From assembly GCF_963853765.1 (NCBI RefSeq), contig NC_088859.1:17732001-17796000 (forward strand): a stretch of 64,000 nt of DNA. The letters are read 5' to 3'. The notes under the pieces were generated by a model. That model worked only from the letters and a program-made list of their open reading frames with translations, was not told where the DNA came from and made no database searches. This stretch comes from Magallana gigas. Taxonomy: Eukaryota. Both the position numbers and the translations under genes were made by a program. This document shows, one piece after another, positions 38,713 through 50,648 of this stretch (within the stretch, counting starts at the first letter, position 1; every line of letters begins with the position of its first letter).

Positions 38713-38910
38713 ATCGATAATCTAAAGTAGAAAAATATATATTTACATGTATTGTCACTTATTACAGTCGACGCTGTCATTCAATCGTGTCCAAAACAAA
38801 AGATGGAGTATTCTTAAATATAAATTAAAGAATTTAGAAATACCTTCTGCAAATATCCAGCGACTGCCTTTCTCTCAAAATATGTTGTGTTTTGTTTGTA
38901 ACAACTCTTG

Positions 38911-38952
38911 TGACGTTATTGATTTTGTTACGTCAGATACATTATGACGCAA
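38911..38952. promoter_or_regulatory. Cluster of three CRE/ATF-like TGACG sites in the divergent promoter region
   Basis: TGACGTTA 38911-38918, TTACGTCA 38928-38935, TGACGCAA 38945-38952. Conserved in cassette 2 (46174-46215), absent from cassette 3. Confidence 0.5.
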
Positions 38953-39321
38953 AAATTATAGCAATTAGAACGTCATTCGGGGTTTTTTCCGAATTAATCC
39001 ACGGCTGATATTAAATAAACTGTTGATGCGTCCTTTTTTCTTATTGTTGCAGATATACATGTTTATCGAATAAAATCATCTCTAGTGAGCATGATTTTCC
39101 CTTTGACTTTCACACAGAGACATCAATCCACGAACACCCATTTTCAATGCAATACGTTTGTATTTGTAAGGCAAAGTAAGATTTTTATTATTATAATTTT
39201 AATTAATCTTGGATTACAAGACTGTCAAGAACTTACAGAATTCCATACATATGTGTAGATACAGTTATGAGTGACAGAAATAGATCAAGTGTTTTTGTGT
39301 TTTAAGGGGGGTTCGTTTTTT

Positions 39322-40642
39322 ATTAAGGTCTTCCGTTTCCAACGCTTTGTTTCTTTTTCCCTTTTTTGTACAAGCGATTTCTTGAAAACGGCTTGACCGA
39401 TTTTCGTGAAAATTTCAGATCTTGTAGATATTGATAAAAACCTTATATATAATTTTTTATTTTGATGACGTCATTTCCGCTCGGGAGATATTGACGTTTT
39501 AGTGATTTTTAGAGGGTCATTTTGTCCTGCTATCTCCTCCTAAACGAAAAAAGATATTGAATTCAACTTTTCAGGATTTGTAGACAAAAGATTGTAGATG
39601 TGTTTAAAGGCATTTATGGTTGTCTGGCTTCAAAGGCGTCGAAGCTCGCCTGGACCCGAAAATCGAGTTTGAAAAAACGACGTAATTTTTAATGGTTTTC
39701 GTTCTTTATCTCCTTTCCTGAAAATATTTTACCATAACATATAGAGCAAATAAAATTTATATTTACAAGAGCTTTCATTTGATAACAAGAAAAAGGGGCT
39801 TAACCCTCAAATTAGGGGCTAAAAGGGCTCTAAAGTCTTTCTTCCATAGCACTTTACTGAGAAATATTTTGTAATATGTTTAAGAAGCAAAAATGTTCAT
39901 CTTTTACTAATAAAACTATACATCATAACATTTTCATTATGCGTTACGTAATTAGGGCTTTTAAGGGGCCAGAAAGCCAAAACTTCGATCGCATATGTCT
40001 CAAAAAGGACAAATATTTTGAAAAACAATATAGAATAAAAGATGCTTAGAATGATGTTTCAAACAATATTCAATCATAAAAGTTTCGTTATCTGGCCCCA
40101 ATAAGGAGATTAGGGGTCGGCCCCTAAAACGTCCTATCCCAGATAGCTCAAAAACGGCAAAGAATTTCTAAACACTTGTTGAACAAAATATGTTTAATAT
40201 CAAAAGAACTTTCGTATGATGCCAAGAAAAAGGGACTGGCCCTTCAATCTAGGGACCAAAAGGGCTCTAAAGTCTTTCTTTCATAGCGCTTTACTGAAAA
40301 ATATTTTGTTATATGTTTAGGAAGCAATAATGTTCATCTCACATTTATTTAACAATATATTATTATTATTTTATCTTGTGTTCCGTATTAGGGGGTTTTT
40401 AATGGGTTTTAAGGGACCAGAAGTACATACCTCAAACAGAACAAATATTTTAAAAAGCATCATTTTGAAAATCAATATAGAATAAAATGCTGAGAATGAT
40501 GTTCCTAACAAAATTCAACCATCAATTTTTTTTTGTTGCCCCGATAAGGAGATAAAGGGTCAAATATCAAAGTCAAGGTCATATAACCTTCAAATAATCG
40601 CACGGAAGACCCCCTCGTTGCTCACAACGAGATCGTGTCTAG
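39322..40642 (+). mobile_element. Helentron-type non-autonomous element (HINE-like), about 1.3 kb
   Basis: Subterminal inverted repeats AAGGTCTTCCG (39325) and CGGAAGACC (40603). 3' hairpin CTCGTTG-CTCA-CAACGAG (40614-40631). Internal direct repeat of about 435-bp period. T-rich site with no TSD. The paralogous empty site is at about 46575-46595. Confidence 0.8.
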
Positions 40643-41527
40643 TTTTCTATATATATTTTTTTTATTGTGGCGTTGTTGCAGGTATTGCATTACACTGTGT
40701 CGGGGCGGGGGTCTATCAACTGCGGGTTTGGATTTCAACCAAATACTAGGAAAATCACTCATCCGTCTTTACTTGGAATTTTGTCCTTTTTTTATATATA
40801 TCTCTATTTCCAACGTTCCTACATTTATTCACATGACCATTTAGACCAGTTTATGTTCAGTCAAGGTAAGTACCGTATTATTAAGTTGTTGGAGAAATCG
40901 CTTACTAATTTGCAAGACAGGAGAGAAACGTATTTTGAAACGAAAGTACATTATAATGTTCTTTGTGAAATATTATCATTTCGATAAAGTGTAATTAAAC
41001 AGTGATGTGATTCTTTACAAATTTACTCAGATTTCAACTTGAACACATATTCTGGTAATACGTATTTAAGTTTCCACATTCATTTTCATGTGTAACATGC
41101 AACATGCTTGACCGATCTGTGATTAATAGGTGTATATCTTTCACCAATGCGCTGTACCCTTTTTATACTATTCGGACTACAAGTATCTAAACCTTGTTGA
41201 CCAAATTTGCAAACATCATCCTTCATTCATTTTATGGTCAACGGATGCCTCCAGTAATGATAATCTTTTCTGCCTTTAAATGATAATAATCTCAATAACT
41301 GTGCTATTTGTTGCCTATTCCTAAATGCTTTCTTCATGTCTTGGTATCGATAGCTATAGGGAATAATCTATATATTCTATCATGGTTTCAATCCTGGCAA
41401 ATTAAGTGATTGATAACCTGAACTGGCCATAATATTAAACTCCGTCTTGGTATTCTTGACAATTCTGTATGTTTGAAGAAAGAAATTAATTTTACTTTTA
41501 AATTATATATTTTTCTTGTCATTTTAG

Positions 41528-43249
41528 ATGGATTCAATACCAGATGATGCTCAGCACATTATAGAGTGTGGAACCGAAAGCTGTGAAAGATATGGTGCTA
41601 TGTACTGCAACTCTTGTTACCGTTCAATGTGTGAACAGTGCAGAGATGACCATCTGAAGATTCCAGACAATAAGGGCCATGATGTGGTCCAATATCTATC
41701 AAGAAACCATAAAATCCCCGTGGAGAAGTGTAAGAAGCATCCAACCAAGGATTTAGATCTTCTGTGTGAAGAATGCCAAATTCCCTTATGTTCTAAATGC
41801 GCGAGTCAGGAAACCCACACAAGGCATAAGTTTCATGACCTAGAGAAATTTTATTCAGAAAATTGCCATTCCTGTCTAAAGACACTTCCAAGTATTCAAA
41901 ATTATTTCATTCCAACATCAAAAGAGCTGCAGACAGAAATTCAAGAAAATAAAGAAGAAATAAAAAGGGTCATGGAAAAAACCCGAAAAGAAGTGAAAGA
42001 AGATACAGAGTTCTTTAAAAAATTGGCGGACAAAGCAATGTCTGAAACACTGGAAGAGATTGATAGAGTCGAGGAAAAACTACTCGAAGAATTGAAATCA
42101 CAGGACAAAACTGTTGACGAGTACATAACATATCTTCAAAAGCTGGATAGAGAGATTCGTGAATATCTGTCTGCTTCAAAAGTTACAAACATTATAATCG
42201 AACACTCGAAAAATCTGGAGATACGACCAATACCAAAAACAACAAAACCCGTAACACCAACATACACTGTTGGTAAATACAGTAAAGAAGAAGTTTCAAA
42301 TCTACTTGGTAAGCTTCACGTTGACCAAACAAAACCGGAATTAAGACGTATAAAAGCTTTAGAATCGTGTACATCCACAAGCAAGGAAGTGAAAGGAGAG
42401 TATCAAAAGGCATCAAATGTTCAACAAACAGAGTCTCCTTCCGCCTCTGTTATCAAGGTTCGTGAGTTGACTGTACCAGGTGTTGAGCGTCTTTTCCATT
42501 TATCAATAGATACAGCAGAAAAAGTTTGGGCAAGCGATAATTCAGGTTACCTTGTTCAAACCGATCTTCAAGGAAATATGCTACAAGAAATAAATACTAG
42601 TAGACAAGGCGTTGGTTACCACACAGTCACAGAGAATGCCGATTTGATCTATGCAGACAGAGAAAATAAAGTCATTTATAAAAAATCCATGGATTTAAAA
42701 GAAGTATCTCCATTCATCAGAACTGATTGGGAGCCCATCAGCATACATTCTTCCCATAAAAATGGAGGAATATTTGTGGGAATGAAAAAGACCACAGGTG
42801 CGCGCAATTCAGATGCGAAGGTCGTTAAGTACAGCAAGTATGGAAGCTACCTACATTCAATACATAGAGACAATGACAGAAATTTATATTCTGAACCACA
42901 TTACATTACTGAGAACATTAATGGAGATATCTGTACATCCGATTCTGGAAAACAAGAAGTTGTGGTGGTCAATGAAGCAAGACAACACAGATTTTCCTAT
43001 AGAGGCCAGAGGTCAGCATTCAATCCATACGGAATATGCACAGATACACTTGGGCATATCATTGTTTGCGATGGTTATTTTAACAATGGTACAATCGACA
43101 TTATAGATACGGATGGCGAGTTCTTGACTCATCTTGTCTCTCAGTCAGGGATTATTCGTCCATACAGCGTGTGTGTGGATGACAAGAACAATCTCTACGT
43201 TGGGTACTCCTCGTCTAACACAATAAATGTGTACAAATATCTCCAGTAA
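41528..43249 (+). CDS. TRIM-like protein copy 1: two B-boxes, coiled coil, NHL-type beta-propeller, no RING (573 aa)
   Basis: B-box1 (C..C...C..C..MC..C...H) and B-box2 (C..H...DLLC..C...LC..C...H..H). NHL motifs PHYITENINGDICTSD, PYGICTDTLGHIIVCD, PYSVCVDDKNNLYVG. Acceptor TTTTAG|ATG; non-coding first exon with donor CAAG|GTAAGT at 40865. Confidence 0.93.
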   Translation: MDSIPDDAQHIIECGTESCERYGAMYCNSCYRSMCEQCRDDHLKIPDNKGHDVVQYLSRNHKIPVEKCKKHPTKDLDLLCEECQIPLCSKCASQETHTRHKFHDLEKFYSENCHSCLKTLPSIQNYFIPTSKELQTEIQENKEEIKRVMEKTRKEVKEDTEFFKKLADKAMSETLEEIDRVEEKLLEELKSQDKTVDEYITYLQKLDREIREYLSASKVTNIIIEHSKNLEIRPIPKTTKPVTPTYTVGKYSKEEVSNLLGKLHVDQTKPELRRIKALESCTSTSKEVKGEYQKASNVQQTESPSASVIKVRELTVPGVERLFHLSIDTAEKVWASDNSGYLVQTDLQGNMLQEINTSRQGVGYHTVTENADLIYADRENKVIYKKSMDLKEVSPFIRTDWEPISIHSSHKNGGIFVGMKKTTGARNSDAKVVKYSKYGSYLHSIHRDNDRNLYSEPHYITENINGDICTSDSGKQEVVVVNEARQHRFSYRGQRSAFNPYGICTDTLGHIIVCDGYFNNGTIDIIDTDGEFLTHLVSQSGIIRPYSVCVDDKNNLYVGYSSSNTINVYKYLQ

Positions 43250-44899
43250 TTCTATATTATAGTGTATTGCTCATCCCAGTTGTACATGATGCAGTTCATG
43301 GGTTATGAATAAAAGAGAAAAAAGAATTCATTGATTTGCCATGTTTGATGAATAAAAGAGAGTATTCATAATTTACAAGTGTGTTTCTCGATAATTACTA
43401 GTATTGTGGTACAATTTCATATTTTGTTTTAAGTGCAAAACGCGTTTGCTTAAAAAAAGGCAACGCTTCTGATATTTGGATGGGTTTTTTTAAACAAGTT
43501 TAGCATAAATTAAAATTAGCATATTTGTAAATGACCCTTCTCATACATTCATCCGAGACAGTTTTAGATTAATTTAGCCCGAGCTGCTTTCCGCCAGTCA
43601 CGCAAAATACAATGCACAGCCAAATGATATATGTTTACTAGAACTGTGCCAGTGTTTGTTGCACGCAATATAATAATGCAGAAAGGTTCAAGCGTAAAGA
43701 GTTTGAAATTTAATGAGGATAAAAGAGAAGCTCGGAGATGACTTGCAAAAAATTACCGTATAAGAAAATTGAAGCGTCGTTGGGGTGGCAGGTTAAATTA
43801 CTTAAAACAATTTGTTCCCGACAGATATTAATTCTAAGATGTAAATCTCTCACTTGTTATATGATGTTTGAAATTTAATACGTTGAAAGAAAAATTGTCC
43901 ATGGCAAAAAGTTATTAGTCGCATACTGAACACAGCAAACAAGTGGATCTTGGATTAATAATTACCAGAATACAACACAGAAATACTAGTATTACTATGC
44001 CGGATAATTATGACAAAGTGGCATTTTTGCACCTGTCTATAGTGAAGTTTTCAATGAAAATCTAATAAAATCATTTAATAGACCATGGGCTATAGAGTAC
44101 AAACATACAATTGTATATCATCACTTTTGTACATTGTAATTAACTCGAACAATTGGTTTTGAAAAAAAAAAAGATTGGTTAAAAATTATGCACACATGCA
44201 GCACAATAATTTTAGTTCTGGATGTAACGTGCTAATTGGTTGACTGGCTGAAAAAATATTTAAAGAACGTTGCCTAAGATCTAACGTCAAAATACGATAT
44301 ATATCAATTCATTTGAACTTGTCTAAAAAAGTGAGATTTTAAAATCGGCGAAGACTGCTTCTCGCGATTTTACGCAGATACTTATAACTCGTGTTTAAAA
44401 GAGAATTAACAGTAAATACAAAATTTTAAATGTAATTTCAATATTTAGATGACGTTATTTTCTTGCTCAATACCAGAATATTACCAGAATATTAATTAAC
44501 CATAACAACCTTTATACCAAGATAAACTGAGTTGGGAAATAAACCGCCTCACGATTTAGAAAGCATTAACAGCCCAATAATGAAACTACTTGTACAATAA
44601 TTTGTTAATGAGCACAAAACTTACAAAAAATTATTCCTGCATATATGCACAGCTTTCTCTATAACAACATAAAAAATTCGAGGTTCAAGGGCCAAAATTC
44701 TCTTGTTTAATTCAGTGTGAGTATGACTTCCAATCGGTTTTTGTTCGCTGCCTAGATAATAAAAAAATCCGCATACATGTATACAGTCTGCATTCTCTAA
44801 ACATTGAATATATTTCAAGCTGCGTTTACAACACATTAAAATAGTGTATGTTAATAAGTTTAACGAAAGACATACCGGTATAACGAAAGACATATAACA

Positions 44900-45406
44900 A
44901 CAGCCATTTCTGACATTTGCTTTCCAAATTTGTGGATACTTGTATTCTATCCTTTTTTCTCATTGGTCGTCATCTGCAAATATTAATACATTGTAATTAA
45001 CGTATTCAATGTGCGAGATTTTTGTAGGGGGACGGGTGTACACATTAAACTCAGTTCATTTCAGTTTATACACTCTAAACCTTGGAATAGTACATGAGGT
45101 ACTCATGTACATCAATATATTATTGTGAATGTCAAACAGAAAATATATGGGTAAAGTAATTTTCGCGCTAACATACACAATTTCGTAGAATTATTATGTA
45201 TTATTTATACAGAGCAGAACATGGTTACGTATGAAAAGTTTTAATTTTATATATACATTGAATACGTGCTTTTATTTCAAACGCATTTATAAATTCAGGC
45301 ATTTAATTTTTATTTTTAAAAAATGTGAGAGTGCAACTTTTCTAGCCATCTGAGGCCTTCTTCGTGGAAGTAATCTCTTCTGTAATTATTAGATTAGAAA
45401 CTCTAT

Positions 45407-45486
<80 letters not shown>

Positions 45487-45983
45487 TTGACGTAGAATAC
45501 TATACCAGTAACTCCACTTGAACATTTTCTACAATTCGACGTCTCTTGTCCTCAACCTGCAATTATTGATAAAGGATTAATACTTTTTTTTTAAATATTT
45601 TCATTGAAACGAAATTATATGTGTATGATTATTTGAATATTCCTACAACTTAAATTTCAGTATTCGATCTGACGGTAGTGATTATAAAAGGGTATAAATC
45701 ATAATGTTGTTTTTCAAAAATAAGCCATAGACCTACATTGAATATTACGATTAATTTTTTCTCTATTGCAAAAGCACGAAAATTTCAAGAAATAATGGTA
45801 TTCAATAGTTCTGTAAAAGAATGAAGTGATGTGCTTACAAATGACATTTATAAAAATTATCATATAAAAGGTTTTGCTGTGGCACGTTAACCATTGTTCT
45901 TTGCTTTATGTTTTTGTTTCACTGAAAATATTATATTGTAAAATGCTTACCAAACTTTGCTCTATTTGATCCATATCGATAAT
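44900..45983 (-). pseudogene. Truncated, disabled copy 2 of the short-exon gene
   Basis: ATG exon (45983-45951) and 51-nt exon (45556-45506) intact. The 48-nt exon has lost its donor by deletion (about 45335), the 54-nt exon is deleted, the 63-nt exon has TAG at 44949-44947, and downstream exons are absent. Confidence 0.8.
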
Positions 45984-47571
45984 CTAAAGTAGAAAAATAT
46001 ATATTTACATGTATTGTCACTTATTACAGTTGACACTGTCATACAATCGTGTCCAAAACAAAAGATGGAGTATTCTTAAATATAAAACTAAAGAATTTAG
46101 AAATACCTTCTGCAAATATCCAGCGACTGCCTTTCTCTCAAAATATGTTGTGTTTTGTTTGTAACAACTCTTGTGACGTTATTGATTTTGTTACGTCAGA
46201 TACATTATGACGCAAAAATTATAGCAATTAGAACGTCATCCGGGTTTTTTTCCGAATTAATCCACGGTTGATATTAAATAAACTGTTTATGCGAGCTTTT
46301 TTTTTCTTAATGTTGCAGATATACATGTTTATCGAATAAAATCATCTCTAATGAGCATGATTTTCCCTTTGACTTTTACACAGAGACATCAATCCACGAA
46401 CACCCATTTTCAATGCAATACGTTTGTATTTGTAAGGCAAAGTAAGATTTTGATTATTAATTCTAATTAATCATGGATTAAAAGACTGTCAGGAACTTAC
46501 AGAATTCAATACATATGTGTAGGTACAGTTATGAGTTTCAGAAATAGATCAAGCGTTTTTGTGTTTTGAGGGGGGTTCGTTTTTTATCTGTTTTCTTTTT
46601 TTTTTATTGTGGCGTTGTTGCAGGTGTTGCATTACACTGCGTCGGGCGGGGTCTTTCAACTGCGGGTTTGGATTTCAACCGAATACTAGGAAAGTCACTC
46701 ATCCGTTCTTACTTGGAATTTTGTCCTTTTCGATATATATCTGTATTTCCAACATTCCTACAATCATTCACAAGACCAATTAACCCAGTTTACATTCAGT
46801 CAAGGTAAGTACTGCATTATTAAGTTGGTGAAAGAAATCACTTTCTAATTTGACAGGAGAAAAACGTATTTTAAAACGAAAGTACATTATAATGTTCTTT
46901 ACGTAGTGTTATCATTTTGATAAAGAGTAACAAAACGGTGATGTGATTCTTTACAAATTTACTCAGATTTGAAATGGAATGTGATACACATATTCTGATA
47001 ATACGTATTTAATAAAGTTTCCACATTTATTTTCATGTGTAACATGCAACATGCATGGCCGATCTGTGATTAACATTTGTATATCTTTCACCATGCAATG
47101 CGCTGTACCCTTTTATATTATTCGGACTATCTAAACCCTGTTGATCAAATTATCATACAGCATCTTTTAATCCTTTTTTATGGCCAACGGATGCCTCCCA
47201 TAATTATAATCTGTTCTGCCTTTAAATGATAATGATCTCAATATCTGTGCTTTTTGTTGCCTATTACTAAATGCTATCTTCATGTCTTGTTATCAAAAGC
47301 CGTATGGAATGTTCTATAAATCTATACGATTTTTTAACAATTTTACCGGGGAGTCAATAAAACTTCGCTATATCCCAGAATTTGTTATATCCGTGTTGGT
47401 ACTAACGAGTTTTACTGTATATTCATTGTAATTCAGTCTTGGGCGGTAATGGTTGCAATCCTCGCCAATTAAGTGATTGATAACTTGAACTTGAATTATT
47501 CATGACAGTTATGTAAGTCACAGTGAAGAAATAAATTAATTTTACTTTATTTATGTCTTTTGTCATTTTAG

Positions 47572-49296
47572 ATGGCTTCAATACCAGATGATGCTCAGCA
47601 CATTATAGAGTGTGGAACCGAAAGCTGTGGAAGATACGGTGCTTTGTACTGCAACTCTTGTTACCGCCCATTGTGTGAACAGTGCAGAGATGACCATCTG
47701 AAGAGTCCAGACAATGAGGACCATGATGTGGTCCTATATCTATCAAAAAACCACAAAATCCCTGTGGAGAAATGCAAAAGCCATCCAACCAAGGATTTAG
47801 ATCATCTGTGTGAAGAATGCCAAATTCCTTTATGTTCCTTATGCACGACACTGGAAAAACACAAACGGCATGGATTTGTCAACCTTGAGAAATTCTATTC
47901 AGAAAATTACCACTATTGTCTGGATAAACTCCCAAGTATTCAAGAGTATTTCCTTCCGAGATCAAAAGAGTTACAGACAGAAATTCAAAAAGATGCAAAA
48001 GAAATTGAAAGGATCATGGAAAACATTCGGGGAAAAGTAAAAACAGATATTGAGTCCCTTAAAAAATTGGCAGATGAAGTTATGTCTGAAATAATGGTGG
48101 AGGTCGATAAAGAAGCGGAAAAACTGCTTGATGAGATAAAATCACAAGATAAAACAGTTGATGAGTATATAACATATCTTCAACAGCTGGATGAAGAGAT
48201 TCGTGGATATCTGTCTGCTTCAAATGTTACAAACATTATAATCGAACACTCGAAAAAGCTAGAAATCCGACCAATACCAGAAACAACAAAACCAGTTGCA
48301 CCAACTTACACTGCTGGTCAATACAGTAAAGAAGACGTTTCAAATCTACTTGGTAAGCTTCACGTTGACCAAACAAAACCGGAATTAAGAAGTATAAAAG
48401 CTTTAGAATCGTGTACATCCACAAGCAAGGAAGTGAAAGGAGAGTATCCAAAGGCATCAAATGTACAACAAACAGAGTCTCCTTCCGCCTCTGTTATCAA
48501 GGTTCGTGAGTTGACAGTACCAGGTGTTGAACGTCTTTTCCATTTATCAATAGATACAGCAGAAAAAGTTTGGGCAAGCGATAATTCAGGTAACCTTGTT
48601 CAAACCGATCTTCAAGGAAATATGCTACAAGAAATAAATACTAGTAGACAAGGCGTTGGTTACCACACAGTCACAGAGAACGCCGATTTGATCTACGCAG
48701 ACAGAGAAAATAAAGTCATTTATAAAAAATCCATGGATTTAAAAGAAGTATCTCCATTCATGAGAATTCTTGATTGGGAGCCCATCAGCATAAATTCTTC
48801 CCACAAAAATGGAGGAATATTTGTGGGAATGAAAAAGACCACAGGTGCGCGCAATTCAGATGCGAAGGTTGTTAAATACAGCAAGTATGGAAGCTACCTA
48901 CATTCAATACATAGAGACAATAACAGATATTTATATTCTGAACCACATTACATTACAGAGAACATCAATGGAGATATCTGTACATCCGATTCTGGAAAAC
49001 AAGAAGTTGTGGTGGTCAATGAAGCAGGACAACACAGATTCTCTTATAGAGGCCAGAGGTCACCATTCAATCCGTACGGAATATGCACAGACACACTCGG
49101 ACATATCATTGTTTGCGATGGTTATTTTAACAATGGTACAATCGACATTATAGATACGGATGGCGAGTTCTTGACTCATCTTGTTTCACAGCCAGGGATA
49201 AATCGTCCATACAGCGTGTGTGTGGATGACAAGAACAATCTCTACGTTGGGTACTGCTCCTCTAACACATTAAATGTGTACAAATATCTCCAGTAA
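47572..49296 (+). CDS. TRIM-like protein copy 2: B-box x2, coiled coil, NHL (574 aa)
   Basis: Intact ORF paralogous to copy 1. Acceptor TTTTAG|ATG and first-exon donor at 46804. Confidence 0.93.
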   Translation: MASIPDDAQHIIECGTESCGRYGALYCNSCYRPLCEQCRDDHLKSPDNEDHDVVLYLSKNHKIPVEKCKSHPTKDLDHLCEECQIPLCSLCTTLEKHKRHGFVNLEKFYSENYHYCLDKLPSIQEYFLPRSKELQTEIQKDAKEIERIMENIRGKVKTDIESLKKLADEVMSEIMVEVDKEAEKLLDEIKSQDKTVDEYITYLQQLDEEIRGYLSASNVTNIIIEHSKKLEIRPIPETTKPVAPTYTAGQYSKEDVSNLLGKLHVDQTKPELRSIKALESCTSTSKEVKGEYPKASNVQQTESPSASVIKVRELTVPGVERLFHLSIDTAEKVWASDNSGNLVQTDLQGNMLQEINTSRQGVGYHTVTENADLIYADRENKVIYKKSMDLKEVSPFMRILDWEPISINSSHKNGGIFVGMKKTTGARNSDAKVVKYSKYGSYLHSIHRDNNRYLYSEPHYITENINGDICTSDSGKQEVVVVNEAGQHRFSYRGQRSPFNPYGICTDTLGHIIVCDGYFNNGTIDIIDTDGEFLTHLVSQPGINRPYSVCVDDKNNLYVGYCSSNTLNVYKYLQ

Positions 49297-50281
49297 TTCG
49301 CTCATCCCAGTTGTATATGTTGCAGTTCATGAGTTATAAATAAAAGAAAAAAAAGAATTCATTGATTTGCCATGTTTTATGAATAAAAGAGAGTATTCAT
49401 AATTTACAAGTGTGTTTCTCGATAATTACTAGTATTGTGGTACAATTTCATATTTTGTTTTAAATGCAAAACGCGTTTGCTAAAAAAAGGCAACGCTTCT
49501 GATATTTGGATGATTTTTTTTACAAGTTTAGCATGAATTAAATAAGCGTATTTATAAATGACCCTTCTCTTATACATACATCCGAGACAATTTTAGATTA
49601 ATTTAGCACGAGCCGCTTTCCGACAGTCACGCAAAATACAATGCACAGTCAAATGATATTCGTTTACTAGAACTGTGCCAGTGTTTGTTGCACGCAATAT
49701 AATAATGCAGAAAGGTTCAAGCGTAAAGAGTTTGAAATTTAATGAGGATAAAAGAGAAGCTCGGAGATGACTTGCAAAAAATTACCGTATAAGAAAATTG
49801 AAGCGTCGTTGGGGTGGCAGGTTAAATTACTTAAAACAATTTGTTCCCGACAGATATTAATTCTAAGATGTAAATCTCTCACTTGTTATATGATGTTTGA
49901 AATTTAATACATGTACGTTGAAAAAAAACTTTTCCATGGCAAAAAGTTACTAGTCGCATATACAACTGAACGCAGTGAACAAGTGGATCTTGGATTTAAA
50001 ATTAGCAAAATACAACACAGAAATATTACTATGCCGGATAATTATGAAACAGTGGCATTTTTGCATTTATTAGACCATGGACTATAGAGTACACGTATAC
50101 AATGTACATCATCACTTTTGTACATTGTAATTAATTTGAACAATCGGTTTTGAAAAAAAGATTGGTAAAAAAATTATGCACACATGCAGCACAATAATTT
50201 CAGTTCTGGATTAACGTGCTATTTGGTTGACTGGCTGAAAATATATTTAAAGAACGTTGCCTAAGATCTAACGTCAAAATA

Positions 50282-50648
50282 TGGGCGCTTTCCATTAACG
50301 TTGCTTCGCCGGCGATGTTATCGGGAAACGATGACGTTAATGGAACGGTTGGCAACGCCACAATGATCCAACGATGACGATTGCAGCTTAAAATTGATAC
50401 TTATCTTAAAATTTTATCCAGAAATTTTGGCTATGTGCAGTTTTAATGTATTTTAATGTAGTAAGACAAATTTTAGTTTTAGAAATACTGGTTTTGTAGA
50501 ATATGAAAACCTCGATGCCATATTGTTTCCTAATCGGCAACGGTATATTGCGTTGCCACAATCGATCGCCGGCGACGCGCGTTCCAGCAATCGGCGACAA
50601 AGGCAACACCAGCAAATCCGGCGATGCCAGTTAAATGGAAAACACCCA
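50282..50648. mobile_element. MITE (367 bp), TA target duplication
   Basis: TIR TGGGCGCTTTCCATTAAC versus TGGGTGTTTTCCATTTAAC, flanked by TA. Absent at the paralogous site at about 44290. Confidence 0.85.

Noticed and set aside
41941-49153. Short overlapping ORFs within the TRIM-like CDSs (also 55240-56766)
   Set aside because: They are alternative-frame or antisense shadows, recurring only because the host genes are paralogous.
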